Virus record (IMG/VR): IMGVR_UViG_3300037225_000630
DNA: 64,000 bases
Strand: one strand, 5' to 3'
Source of the DNA: an uncultured virus (IMG/VR IMGVR_UViG_3300037225_000630)
Taxonomy: Duplodnaviria > Heunggongvirae > Uroviricota > Caudoviricetes
The notes below the pieces were generated by a model. It worked only from the letters and a program-made list of their open reading frames with translations, had not been told where the DNA came from and did not search any database. This document shows, piece after piece, positions 52,062 through 60,247 of the stretch; within the stretch, counting starts at the first letter, position 1; each line of letters starts with the position of its first letter. A program made the position numbers and the translations under genes.

Positions 52062-52529
52062 TTATGAGGTTGCTCTAGTATTAGGATGATTGCCTATATC
52101 TAAAAATGTAATATACTTAACTGGTGGTTTAACACGAATGTTCTGCTGTATCTGTATAGTGATTATATCGGCTCCTGGTATATGAAAATCATATTTTCCT
52201 TGTCCTCGTGGTGTCCATTCATGATAGTCTAAGGTTTGGGCACCACCACTAGGGAGGGGAATAGTGTAAGGCAAACCATTCCCATCCCCATGTTCTACCA
52301 GATATTGTTGAACGTAGGCTATTGTATATATAACCTCCTGTTTTTCTTTTTCTGTAGAATACTTTTCTAATACTTTTTCAAGATTTTTTGTATAAGTATT
52401 TGCATGGATAATCTTAACTATAGGCTTTGGTTTTATTTTTTGAGATACTGGAGATTTTTGATGCTTTGGTTTTTTCTTGTCCCCTTCCATAAGAGGATTG
52501 AAGTCATTGAGAATATCAGTTAACTTCAT
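52062..52529 (-). CDS. RelE/YafQ-like ribonuclease-fold protein
   Basis: YHEW...YDFHI...ITFLDIGNH resembles the YafQ/RelE C-terminal pattern. Confidence 0.5.
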   Translation of the reverse strand: MKLTDILNDFNPLMEGDKKKPKHQKSPVSQKIKPKPIVKIIHANTYTKNLEKVLEKYSTEKEKQEVIYTIAYVQQYLVEHGDGNGLPYTIPLPSGGAQTLDYHEWTPRGQGKYDFHIPGADIITIQIQQNIRVKPPVKYITFLDIGNHPNTRATS

Positions 52530-52680
52530 TTTTCTCTTTATCTTGCTTTTCCTGTACCTTTTTCACCAATCGTTTCATCCAATCATAAGCATCATCAGAA
52601 GATTCAAAAAGAATATCCCCAGAAATCTTGGTAACACTCTTCTGCTTCTGAGCCTCAGTCATTCTACTGTAGTTCTTCAT
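52516..52680 (-). CDS. small MKNYS-family protein, copy 1 (antitoxin-like position)
   Basis: MKNYSRMTEAQKQK...LFESSDDAYDWM; overlaps the start of the RelE-like gene. Confidence 0.65.
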   Translation of the reverse strand: MKNYSRMTEAQKQKSVTKISGDILFESSDDAYDWMKRLVKKVQEKQDKEKNEVN

Positions 52681-52757
52681 ACTATTTTCTCCTATCTATA
52701 GATAATATATACTATAAAATTAGTTTTGTCAAGAGAATAATAAAGAATTATTATTTT

Positions 52758-52829
52758 CAGGCCCACCAGAATTCGAATCTAGTCTAATAGTTTTGGAGAC
52801 TATTGTGCTACCAGTTACACCACGGACCT
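52758..52829 (-). tRNA. tRNA-Trp(CCA)
   Basis: ATAGT-CTCCAAA-ACTAT, G73. Confidence 0.9.
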
Positions 52830-52917
52830 ATGATTGTTCTACCCCGAGTCGGACATTGAGCCCTCCTGTATGTTACACAAACAGAAGAAATCCTGATAGT
52901 TATAATGCCTTTTCATG

Positions 52918-52990
52918 TTGTCCCACTAGGGTTTGAACCTAGAACCTGAAAATTCAGAATCTTCCACTCTACCAGTTGAGCTATGAGACA
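52918..52990 (-). tRNA. tRNA-Gln(CUG)
   Basis: U1-A72 acceptor, GAAGA-TTCTGAA-TTTTC. Confidence 0.85.
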
Positions 52991-53655
52991 ATGAATTCTG
53001 GATAATTTTTATTTATCCACCTTCGTACCTCTGTATGAGAAAGTTTCCATTCTTTTGCTACCTTCTCTACCCATCCCCATTCTTTTTTTATAGTTAACAA
53101 AAAAGGAACCCTTTCTTTTAGGAGCCTAAGTCTTTTTTCTTCTTTAAGCTGCTCTCTCATTTGTTTACGTGCTTCAGACTCTTTCTTAAAGTTATCACTC
53201 TTTCCACAAAAGGTATCAGTTTGACTATGACAATTAGGGCACAAGAAACATAAATTTTCTATTTTATTATCATCAGAAACCCCGTTCTTATGCTCAAGCT
53301 GCAATACAAGCTTCTTTCCTTGCCATTCCCCTTCATTTCCACAAGTACATTTATAGGGTATTATTTTAGCTAATTCTTTTTTTACAGTATGTCCTTTAAC
53401 TTTACTATGCTCACAAAAAATTTCTTCAAAAGGAGTCTGTCTTCTAGAAAAAACTAATTTTCTTCCTTTTTCTTTAATTTCCCTTATTAAAATAGGATCA
53501 ATCTCTTTTTTAATAAGCATTTTATTAAATGTTCTGTAATTACCCCCTTTAGTAGGTAAACCGCATTTAATCATAACTTCTCGTAATGAATCTTCTGTCT
53601 TTAATAAATATTCAATTTCTTCTTTACTCAGAGCATATACAAAACTTATTGTCAT
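52981..53655 (-). CDS. HNH homing endonuclease in the tRNA array
   Basis: LQLEHKNGVSDDNKIENLCFLCPNCHSQT. Confidence 0.92.
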   Translation of the reverse strand: MTISFVYALSKEEIEYLLKTEDSLREVMIKCGLPTKGGNYRTFNKMLIKKEIDPILIREIKEKGRKLVFSRRQTPFEEIFCEHSKVKGHTVKKELAKIIPYKCTCGNEGEWQGKKLVLQLEHKNGVSDDNKIENLCFLCPNCHSQTDTFCGKSDNFKKESEARKQMREQLKEEKRLRLLKERVPFLLTIKKEWGWVEKVAKEWKLSHTEVRRWINKNYPEFIVS

Positions 53656-53694
53656 TGGAACCTCTAACTAATTAGTTAGGTTTGTTCCAATTAG

Positions 53695-53765
53695 TTCCTC
53701 TTGATGGTACTGCCCCACCTCCCTAAGTTTCAAAAACTTGTATGCCACTTTTACACAAAAGAGGA
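53695..53765 (-). tRNA. tRNA-Gln(UUG), atypical T-loop GGCAGTA
   Basis: TCCTCTT/AAGAGGA acceptor, loop TTTTGAA. Confidence 0.75.
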
Positions 53766-53770
53766 AAGTA

Positions 53771-53871
53771 CGAGCCGAGCAGGAATCGAACCTACAACAA
53801 GGTGGTTACTAAAGTACTCTCGTAAGAAAGTATTTTACAGCCACCCGCTCTACTGTTGGAGCTATCGGCTC
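53771..53871 (-). tRNA. tRNA-Asn(GUU) with 28-nt intron-like insert (53809..53836)
   Basis: GAGCCGA/TCGGCTC acceptor, G73, GGTGG-CTGT[insert]TAA-CCACC. Confidence 0.85.
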
Positions 53872-53877
53872 AAAAAA

Positions 53878-53952
53878 TGGGAAATGTAGGAGTCGAACCT
53901 ACGACCCTCTGCGTGTAAAACAGATGCTCTAAACCAACTGAGCTAATTTCCC
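53878..53952 (-). tRNA. tRNA-Val(UAC)
   Basis: TCTGT-TTTACAC-GCAGA, canonical cloverleaf. Confidence 0.95.
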
Positions 53953-54186
53953 TTATATGTCTTGTATTAACTCTCTATAGCAATCAGGACAGAACCAATG
54001 CATTTCATGATCATCAAGTATTTCAGAATTATAGGGGTCTTCTACATACTCAGTATTCGTAGCTCCACATCTTTCACAGGGATGTGGTTTATAGAAGGGA
54101 TTCCATTTAGGACCAAATTGTACATTGTCCTCCTCGTTCTCCTCATGTTCCGACTCCATAAAATCAAAATTAAGCATACTTCCTCC

Positions 54187-54621
54187 TTATCCTACTATCA
54201 TATTATGAAAGAATCCTGGTGTCAAGCGTAAAGCATTAATAATAGCTCCCATTGTTTTATTATTAAATTCGAAGGTTCTATCGGTAGCATAATCCAAATA
54301 AAGGGTTTTAGTTCTACCATCATATCCATAATAAAAAGTGCCTTCAGTGCTTTCTCCTGGCTGCATCTGCTTCTTCAATTCAGCATGAGAGGTACCACAG
54401 GAGCCTACTACGGCGTCGAATCTGCCTTGATAGGATATAAGTAGTCCCCTGCCCCAATGGGTTCCAAAGACAGGCACTGATTGGTGTGCGTCCATTATAT
54501 TAACTCCAGGGATTACCTGCTTGAAGCCAAGTTGTAATCGGGCAACCCTTAATGCTTCTTCTAATACCTCTTCTTCAATCATCATTCCTTCATCAAGTTT
54601 CAAAATGTTTTCTGTTGTCAT
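54187..54621 (-). CDS. hypothetical protein
   Basis: 144-aa ORF with ACTAATTA 3 nt upstream. Confidence 0.65.
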   Translation of the reverse strand: MTTENILKLDEGMMIEEEVLEEALRVARLQLGFKQVIPGVNIMDAHQSVPVFGTHWGRGLLISYQGRFDAVVGSCGTSHAELKKQMQPGESTEGTFYYGYDGRTKTLYLDYATDRTFEFNNKTMGAIINALRLTPGFFHNMIVG

Positions 54622-54999
54622 GTATAATTAGTATTTAGAAAATCAAAGGGAATGTTGAAATAACTTGCATTCTTTTAATTGGATCTATAGCTCTAAATGC
54701 TATATCATATGCGTATTGTTCTAACATAATAGAACCCTCTATATTTTTTTGAAAAGAATATAGTGATTCTCGCTGTCCAATAACTGTTTCAGAATAGTCA
54801 AAACCTTGTGAGCCTTTCCTACCTATAATATTAAGTTGTATACAGTCTATTATTTTAAATTCTTTTCTTTTTTGTTGCTCTTTTTGTTTTTCTTTAAGTT
54901 TTTCAAGTTTTGTTTCAAGCTCTAATATCTCTTCTTGTATTGTCATAGTCACTCCTTATCCAAAGCAGGCTCAATGCATAATAAAAACTAAAATATTAT

Positions 55000-55449
55000 T
55001 CATTTTAATTCTTTCTTAGCACGAGCTAAAGCAAATCTTTCACCTATTGCTTTTCTTTGTTCTTCAGTAAATTCTCTTTTCTTTCTTATTTTTACAGGTT
55101 TAGCTTTGATTATATTATTCTCTACTATATCAAAAATTTCTTGGAGTCTATTTAATACTAATCTTACATTTTGCCATGTAGGAGAATGGGAAAGCTCTAT
55201 ACATATATCATCACATTCTTTATTTCTATAAAGAGGGCGTAAAGACTCTCTAATACTAGGAAAGAAATCCAATGCATCTTTTTCTTTTCCAGTAATATAT
55301 AGCTTAGGTTTACCTTGGGATTGTACTGTCTTTTGTTTTCTTGATACTCTCAAAGGTTCACCATTGGCTATCTTTTCTGCTCTAGCTCTTTCTCTACCTT
55401 CTTTCATTGCTTTCTTGTGCTCATCAGTAATAATACCTTTAGGCATCAC
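55000..55449 (-). CDS. basic hypothetical protein
   Basis: 149-aa ORF with AGGAG SD. Confidence 0.65.
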   Translation of the reverse strand: MMPKGIITDEHKKAMKEGRERARAEKIANGEPLRVSRKQKTVQSQGKPKLYITGKEKDALDFFPSIRESLRPLYRNKECDDICIELSHSPTWQNVRLVLNRLQEIFDIVENNIIKAKPVKIRKKREFTEEQRKAIGERFALARAKKELK

Positions 55450-56037
55450 ATTCTCCTATTTAGAAAAAATATGAAGTAATCCTATCAATGCATAGATACA
55501 TATAACTATACCTATTATACCTATTACAATCAACAATGGACTTAACACCCACCACCAGCTCCAAGCAATAGCTTTTGTAAGTTTTAATACAACAAATATA
55601 ATAGTTAATATTGTTGTCCATGGTAAATAACAAACATTCTTTGTTTCCATTCTAAGCTCCTTATTCCTTTTCCCAAAATTTAACTTGTATGCTGTCTATA
55701 AGAACTTTCTTTGCTTGTTCCTTTATATCTTCATTAAAAGGAACCTCATTAAGAGGAATTTTAGGATAAGGATAACGTCCAGAGAGTCTATCATATCCTC
55801 GTTGAACACACCAGTGATGCCTTTTTGTTTGTTTGGATACTTCATAATATCCATCCAGGTAAAGAGTATTATTATTATCATAAAACCAAAAATTGTATTG
55901 ATACTGATGAAGATCATCAACAGGAATAATAACAGATATGTTCATTTTCTTCTCCTTGTAAAAAGTATGGTTTTATCCTCCAGCTATCTCATATATAATC
56001 TACCATATTTCATTAAAAATGTCAAGTAGAAAAGATA

Positions 56038-56067
56038 AAAAAGAGAGAGAAGGCATCCTCTCTCTCT
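56038..56067 (-). terminator. intrinsic terminator
   Basis: AGAGAGAGAG/TTCTCTCTCT hairpin followed by a U-tract. Confidence 0.75.
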
Positions 56068-56378
56068 ACTGATGCTGCTGGATTTTAGCAACCACGCCAA
56101 TATTACGCTCAGGGCCTTCAACAGACACCCATCTCAGGTTGTTCCCCTAATCCTTGGTAAGGACTCGACCTCTCCACCCAGCAGCACTAGTCGTTCGCAG
56201 CAATCCCATATCCACCCTCTAGATTAGGTAGGTAATAATAGTATGGGAACTATTCCCGTAGGGTTGGACTTAGCCCTAATAAATATGGTACTTATAGTCA
56301 ATAGCATGGCCTTATGCCTCGTACAAGCTACAACCCTATAAAGAACTTAACTAATACAATCCCTCACTATTTACCTCC

Positions 56379-56906
56379 TTACGCCTGAAACATTTTAACC
56401 CTATGGGAGCGGTCAATCATTTGGGTGATGGCTTCTCTCATATAGCTGTTCAGAGGGCGATCCCATGGATGAGTAAGCCATGATGCTACTTTGAAAGTTC
56501 CATTGACTGCCATTTCAATAGCCCTACGAAGTCCTTCTTCTCTATCGAAGGAAGGAACCGGAATCTCACTAGTTGCATCCCAGTTAGTATCACGCAACAT
56601 ATCCAAGTACAGGCGATATGCTTTCGACTTGAAAATGTCTATCTTGGGGAAAGGAATTTCCTTTCCATTCTTGTCCAGCACTCCAGGCTTGTAATCTTTC
56701 ATGCGCTGCAACATTTTCTGGATTGCGGGAATTTGGTGGGGCTTAAGATACCTCTTCTCATAATCGTGTCGATGGTTTACAAGAGACCATCCAATTTTGT
56801 CTTGACCTATAGCCACGACAATTCCTATCTTGAAACCAAGGTCGTTTCTCACGTAGGTGATAATAACCTTGTTCTTTTCAAGATACTCCTTAACCATACT
56901 GTACAT
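56379..56906 (-). CDS. hypothetical protein, GC-rich codon usage
   Basis: 175-aa ORF, AAGGAG SD, upstream TTGACT/TATACT promoter. Confidence 0.75.
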   Translation of the reverse strand: MYSMVKEYLEKNKVIITYVRNDLGFKIGIVVAIGQDKIGWSLVNHRHDYEKRYLKPHQIPAIQKMLQRMKDYKPGVLDKNGKEIPFPKIDIFKSKAYRLYLDMLRDTNWDATSEIPVPSFDREEGLRRAIEMAVNGTFKVASWLTHPWDRPLNSYMREAITQMIDRSHRVKMFQA

Positions 56907-56991
56907 ATTAACTCCTTAGATTAGGTAACCGTCTAGCAGTTCCTATCTATAAATAGTATACTATGGTTTTTTAAAAAAGTCAATAGGAAAA

Positions 56992-57064
56992 TAGCCGATG
57001 CCAGATTTGAACTGTGCCCTAGCATCCCAAATGCCATGTGCTGCCGGATTACACCACATCGGCT
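56992..57064 (-). tRNA. tRNA-Pro(UGG), irregular T-stem
   Basis: TGGCA-TTTGGGA-TGCTA; AGCCGAT/ATCGGCT acceptor. Confidence 0.7.
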
Positions 57065-57476
57065 ATAAATAATCTTTAGAGAAATGCTCTTTATTATGAC
57101 AATTAGAACATAAAACCTCACATTTATCAATTTCTTTTTTTATATTTTTAAGTGAATACCCTCCTCTTATCATATCTGCTATATTATTTTCTTTTATAGT
57201 ATCATCTTTATGATGAAATACCAAACAAGCCGGATGACTTTCTCCACACCGTAGACATACTTTTCCTTTTTTGTACTCCTTTAACCAGAATCTTCTACTT
57301 TCTCTATATTCTTTTTTTTGTAAAAGAATAGTGTATCTTTTGTTTATATGACGATTATGATCATAATCTTTTACACATTCCTTACACCAAGAATGTAATT
57401 TATCAGGAGTCTTTTTGGATTTTGAGAAGGAAGATATATCTTTATAAGCATTACATCTAAAACATTTCTTTTCCAT
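57063..57476 (-). CDS. HNH homing endonuclease
   Basis: CFRC, CKEC, CLRC, LVFHH...KCEVLCSNCH. Confidence 0.9.
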   Translation of the reverse strand: MEKKCFRCNAYKDISSFSKSKKTPDKLHSWCKECVKDYDHNRHINKRYTILLQKKEYRESRRFWLKEYKKGKVCLRCGESHPACLVFHHKDDTIKENNIADMIRGGYSLKNIKKEIDKCEVLCSNCHNKEHFSKDYL

Positions 57477-57496
57477 ACACAATTAGTGTTTTGAGA

Positions 57497-57578
57497 AAGG
57501 GAATGTATTCCCAAATCAGAATTCTCTAGTCAACTGATGGCCCCAAACCACCCGCTCTACTATCTGAGCTACATCCCG
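57497..57578 (-). pseudogene. degenerate tRNA-Pro(UGG)
   Basis: CGGGATG-TAGCTCAG, intact D-arm and anticodon arm, no T-arm; abuts the HNH gene. Confidence 0.6.
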
Positions 57579-57851
57579 ATATATTACCAATCTCTCTGAA
57601 GCATATGATCTTTCATAATTTGACTCTCTGGGGTTACAGGTGGCTTTACATAATTAGGATCAGCCCCCCATGCTGCTTTTGCTTTTGTTCTCTGGTCTAC
57701 AGGCACATCAATGGGAGTGCCTAACATTACATTGATTTCAATATACAGCTTAGTCAATTCCTCTGTCAAGTCCCTCTGTTGGTTTAGTCTGAGTCTAAGT
57801 AAATCCAATTTAGCTGCTATTTTGTTTACATCTATATCCATATAAATCTCC

Positions 57852-58772
57852 TTATTTCATATTAGTGCCAAGCATATGTTCTCTATTTAATCTTGATACT
57901 ATTTGTTGCTTAAAATTATTAAATGCTTGCTTATGTATAGCATCCTTTTGAGCATAGGACATTACTACATCTAATCCAGGGTCTATTTCAAATAAATCAT
58001 CTATTGTTAGATTATTCCACTCATCCTCCCCCATCATTTTCTTTCTTTGAAGTAATCCATGGATATATGCATTAAGTTCCACAGTAGAAAATATTATATT
58101 AGGAACTTTGTAATACTTAGCAGCCCTTTGATACGAAGAATCATGCCTATTTTTTATATAATTACTATTAGTAGTATATAATGTTTCATATATCCAATGA
58201 GATATTTCATGATATACTCCCGTTTGATATTCCTCTAAAGTAAAAAGTTTTTTATCTTTAGCATAAATTATATCTTGGTCAATTCTATTCATAGAACCAA
58301 TATGTCTATTAGGTACTATTGAAGTATATACATCATTAAAATCAGTAAAAATTTCATTAGAATAATACCATTTCTTCATTAAGTCATACATCACCATAGG
58401 ATAGCCAACACTAATATAATCCAAAGCACCATCATAAAACCAATTACAATATGGTATAAAATATATTGAAATAGGATGCTTTCTATGAGTCTTAGTACAA
58501 ATAGGAGAGAGTAATTCTTCTGACTTAGTTATATGCTGATACCTATAAGGCACTTGCATGATATCTAATAGTTTACTTTTATTATTGCTTATAGCAATAG
58601 AATCTAAGAGTTTTGTAAACCGAATAAAAGGTAAAGATAATATTTCTATATCTTTATCATCTATATCAAAAACTTTTTCATACAGATGTGAGTTTTCTAC
58701 AAACTCCATACAACTCATTCTTGAGCCTTCAAGTAATAATGTGTATTCTTCCTCTTCTATAAGCCTAACCAT
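57852..58772 (-). CDS. HExxH zincin-like protein
   Basis: YHEISHW...ELNAY. Confidence 0.55.
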   Translation of the reverse strand: MVRLIEEEEYTLLLEGSRMSCMEFVENSHLYEKVFDIDDKDIEILSLPFIRFTKLLDSIAISNNKSKLLDIMQVPYRYQHITKSEELLSPICTKTHRKHPISIYFIPYCNWFYDGALDYISVGYPMVMYDLMKKWYYSNEIFTDFNDVYTSIVPNRHIGSMNRIDQDIIYAKDKKLFTLEEYQTGVYHEISHWIYETLYTTNSNYIKNRHDSSYQRAAKYYKVPNIIFSTVELNAYIHGLLQRKKMMGEDEWNNLTIDDLFEIDPGLDVVMSYAQKDAIHKQAFNNFKQQIVSRLNREHMLGTNMK

Positions 58773-58797
58773 ATGTAGTTAGTGAAACTAATTATTT

Positions 58798-59244
58798 ATG
58801 GAACTACACAATCAAAAACGCTCCCCAGAATGGCATAAAGTAATGCATGATTATCTCTCTAAGCATCCAGCCTGTGAAGCTTGTGGTAAGACTGAAGCAG
58901 TTAATGTTCATCACGTTGCGTCTTTCGAACTTATTATAAATTTTGGCAGACCAGAACTTGAACTCGATGAAAACAATCTTATCACTTTATGTGAAACAGA
59001 ATCGGGTAAGCCTGAGGAGAATCACCATATTGAAATAGGACATGCAGGGGATTTCAAGAAAACAAATTTGAATGTTAGAGAAGATGCTAAGAAATATTAT
59101 GGAGAAACATTAGTCCAGCTTAAAGAGAATACTCAATTCATGGAAGAAATAAAGGCGAATGCATTGCCTCCACTAGATGAATTGACACCAGAACAAAAAA
59201 TATATTTTCAAAATTGGCTTGACATAACTTACCCTAAAAAATAA
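58798..59244 (+). CDS. HNH endonuclease
   Basis: CEACG...VHHV...PELELDENNLITLC...HH. Confidence 0.85.
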   Translation: MELHNQKRSPEWHKVMHDYLSKHPACEACGKTEAVNVHHVASFELIINFGRPELELDENNLITLCETESGKPEENHHIEIGHAGDFKKTNLNVREDAKKYYGETLVQLKENTQFMEEIKANALPPLDELTPEQKIYFQNWLDITYPKK

Positions 59245-59315
59245 TGGAGCTAGAGACTTTGACATCTCGACCTGTAGAATGCAGATCTACCGCTCTACAA
59301 CTGAGCTATAGCCCC
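59245..59315 (-). tRNA. tRNA-Ala(UGC), C33, reduced D and T loops
   Basis: GGGGCTA/TAGCTCC with G3.U70; loop TCTGCAT; T-loop GTCAAA. Confidence 0.85.
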
Positions 59316-59320
59316 TTGTG

Positions 59321-59698
59321 TTACTTTACTGCTACCTTCTTAGCCTTTACATTTCTTAGTAAGGTTTTTAATCCTATAATAATACCTACCAATGAAGCAA
59401 CAATACCAAAAATCTGATTAGCATCATCTAATAAATTCTTTACCTTCAGGTGCTTCAGCCTAAGAGCCTCAATGGCTTGTCGCTCTGCTGATACTGGTGC
59501 TGATTCTCTTGACTTTAATGATTGTAACATCATTTCTGTTTTAGCAGGAACTGCTGCCACTAAGCCTATATTTAATTTTTCTTGTACCCAAGGAACAACA
59601 TAGGGCTTTATAGCAAACACATATAAGCCTATAGCTAAGCCTACACTAATAACAATAATTTCCCATACTTCAATTACTTTCTTTTTTTTTGCTGCCAT
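59321..59698 (-). CDS. membrane protein
   Basis: Two hydrophobic segments. Confidence 0.6.
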   Translation of the reverse strand: MAAKKKKVIEVWEIIVISVGLAIGLYVFAIKPYVVPWVQEKLNIGLVAAVPAKTEMMLQSLKSRESAPVSAERQAIEALRLKHLKVKNLLDDANQIFGIVASLVGIIIGLKTLLRNVKAKKVAVK

Positions 59699-59720
59699 AC
59701 TATCCTCATATAATTAGTTA

Positions 59721-59820
59721 TGGGACTAATAGGAATCGAACCTACCACAACCGGCTTTTTCAATACTCTATTAAAAAGTATTCAAAAAGGCCGGTGCCTA
59801 AACCAATCGGCCTTAGTCCC
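59721..59820 (-). tRNA. tRNA-Lys(UUU) with 27-nt intron-like insert (59758..59784)
   Basis: GGGACTA/TAGTCCC acceptor, A73, CCGGC-CTTTT[insert]AA-GCCGG. Confidence 0.85.
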
Positions 59821-59822
59821 TT

Positions 59823-59924
59823 TGATCCTGGCCCGGTTCGAACGGGCTACCTACTGCTTCTTTATTACTCTACTGCTAAAGTAAAAAAGAGGGCAGTTGC
59901 TCTGTCCATTTGAGCTACAGAACC
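59823..59924 (-). tRNA. tRNA-Arg(UCU) with 28-nt intron-like insert (59860..59887), C33
   Basis: A20 in the D-loop; ACTGC-CCTCT[insert]AA-GCAGT. Confidence 0.85.
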
Positions 59925-59926
59925 AT

Positions 59927-60000
59927 TACCTTTGGCAGGGTTCGAACCTGTTACATCCTCTTTCGTGGAGAAGTGCTCTGTCCATATGAGCTACAAAGGC
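59927..60000 (-). tRNA. tRNA-Arg(ACG), C33
   Basis: A20; CTTCT-CCACGAA-AGAGG. Confidence 0.9.
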
Positions 60001-60004
60001 ACGA

Positions 60005-60086
60005 TGGGTCCAAAGGGAGTTGAACCCTCAATCCTTTCGGCATTGGTTCCTAAGACCAACGTGTATGCCAGTTCCACCACGGACCC
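60005..60086 (-). tRNA. tRNA-Leu(UAG)
   Basis: TTGGT-CTTAGGA-ACCAA, long variable arm. Confidence 0.95.
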
Positions 60087-60099
60087 TTATTTTTTATAG

Positions 60100-60172
60100 G
60101 GTGGCTGGAGGGAGTCGAACCCTCTATCTCTACCTTCACAGGGTGGCGCAACACCAAATCTGCCTCAGTCAC
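60100..60172 (-). tRNA. tRNA-His(GUG), no encoded G-1
   Basis: Loop CTGTGAA, C73; position -1 is T. Confidence 0.88.
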
Positions 60173-60174
60173 AG

Positions 60175-60247
60175 TCCACGGTCTCCGAGTCGAACGGAGG
60201 ACAACTTGGTCTTCGGCCAAGGGCTCTACCAACTGAGCTAACCGTAG
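60175..60247 (-). tRNA. tRNA-Phe(GAA), C33
   Basis: CTTGG-CCGAAGA-CCAAG. Confidence 0.88.

Noticed and set aside
51699..52690. Direct repeats as a CRISPR array or att sites
   Set aside because: Spacing is irregular and the repeats are the 5' ends of paralogous small genes.
53771..53871. Reading the interrupted tRNA as Tyr(GUA) with a canonical 37/38 intron
   Set aside because: Short variable loop and G73 fit Asn, an intact tRNA-Tyr exists, and the shared cut rule gives GUU.
56085..56150. TPP riboswitch resemblance (CTGAGA...TTGAA...CCTGA...TAAT...GCG)
   Set aside because: The required helices could not be built and there is no thiamine-related gene downstream.
59721..59820. Reading the interrupted tRNA as an ochre (UUA) suppressor
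   Set aside because: This needs a 35/36 splice that breaks the spacing seen in the other three hairpins; Lys(UUU) fits the body.
59689..60241. Short ORFs overlapping tRNA arrays (59689..59913, 60020..60241, 60050..60232; also 53701..53889)
   Set aside because: Spurious frames across tRNA genes.
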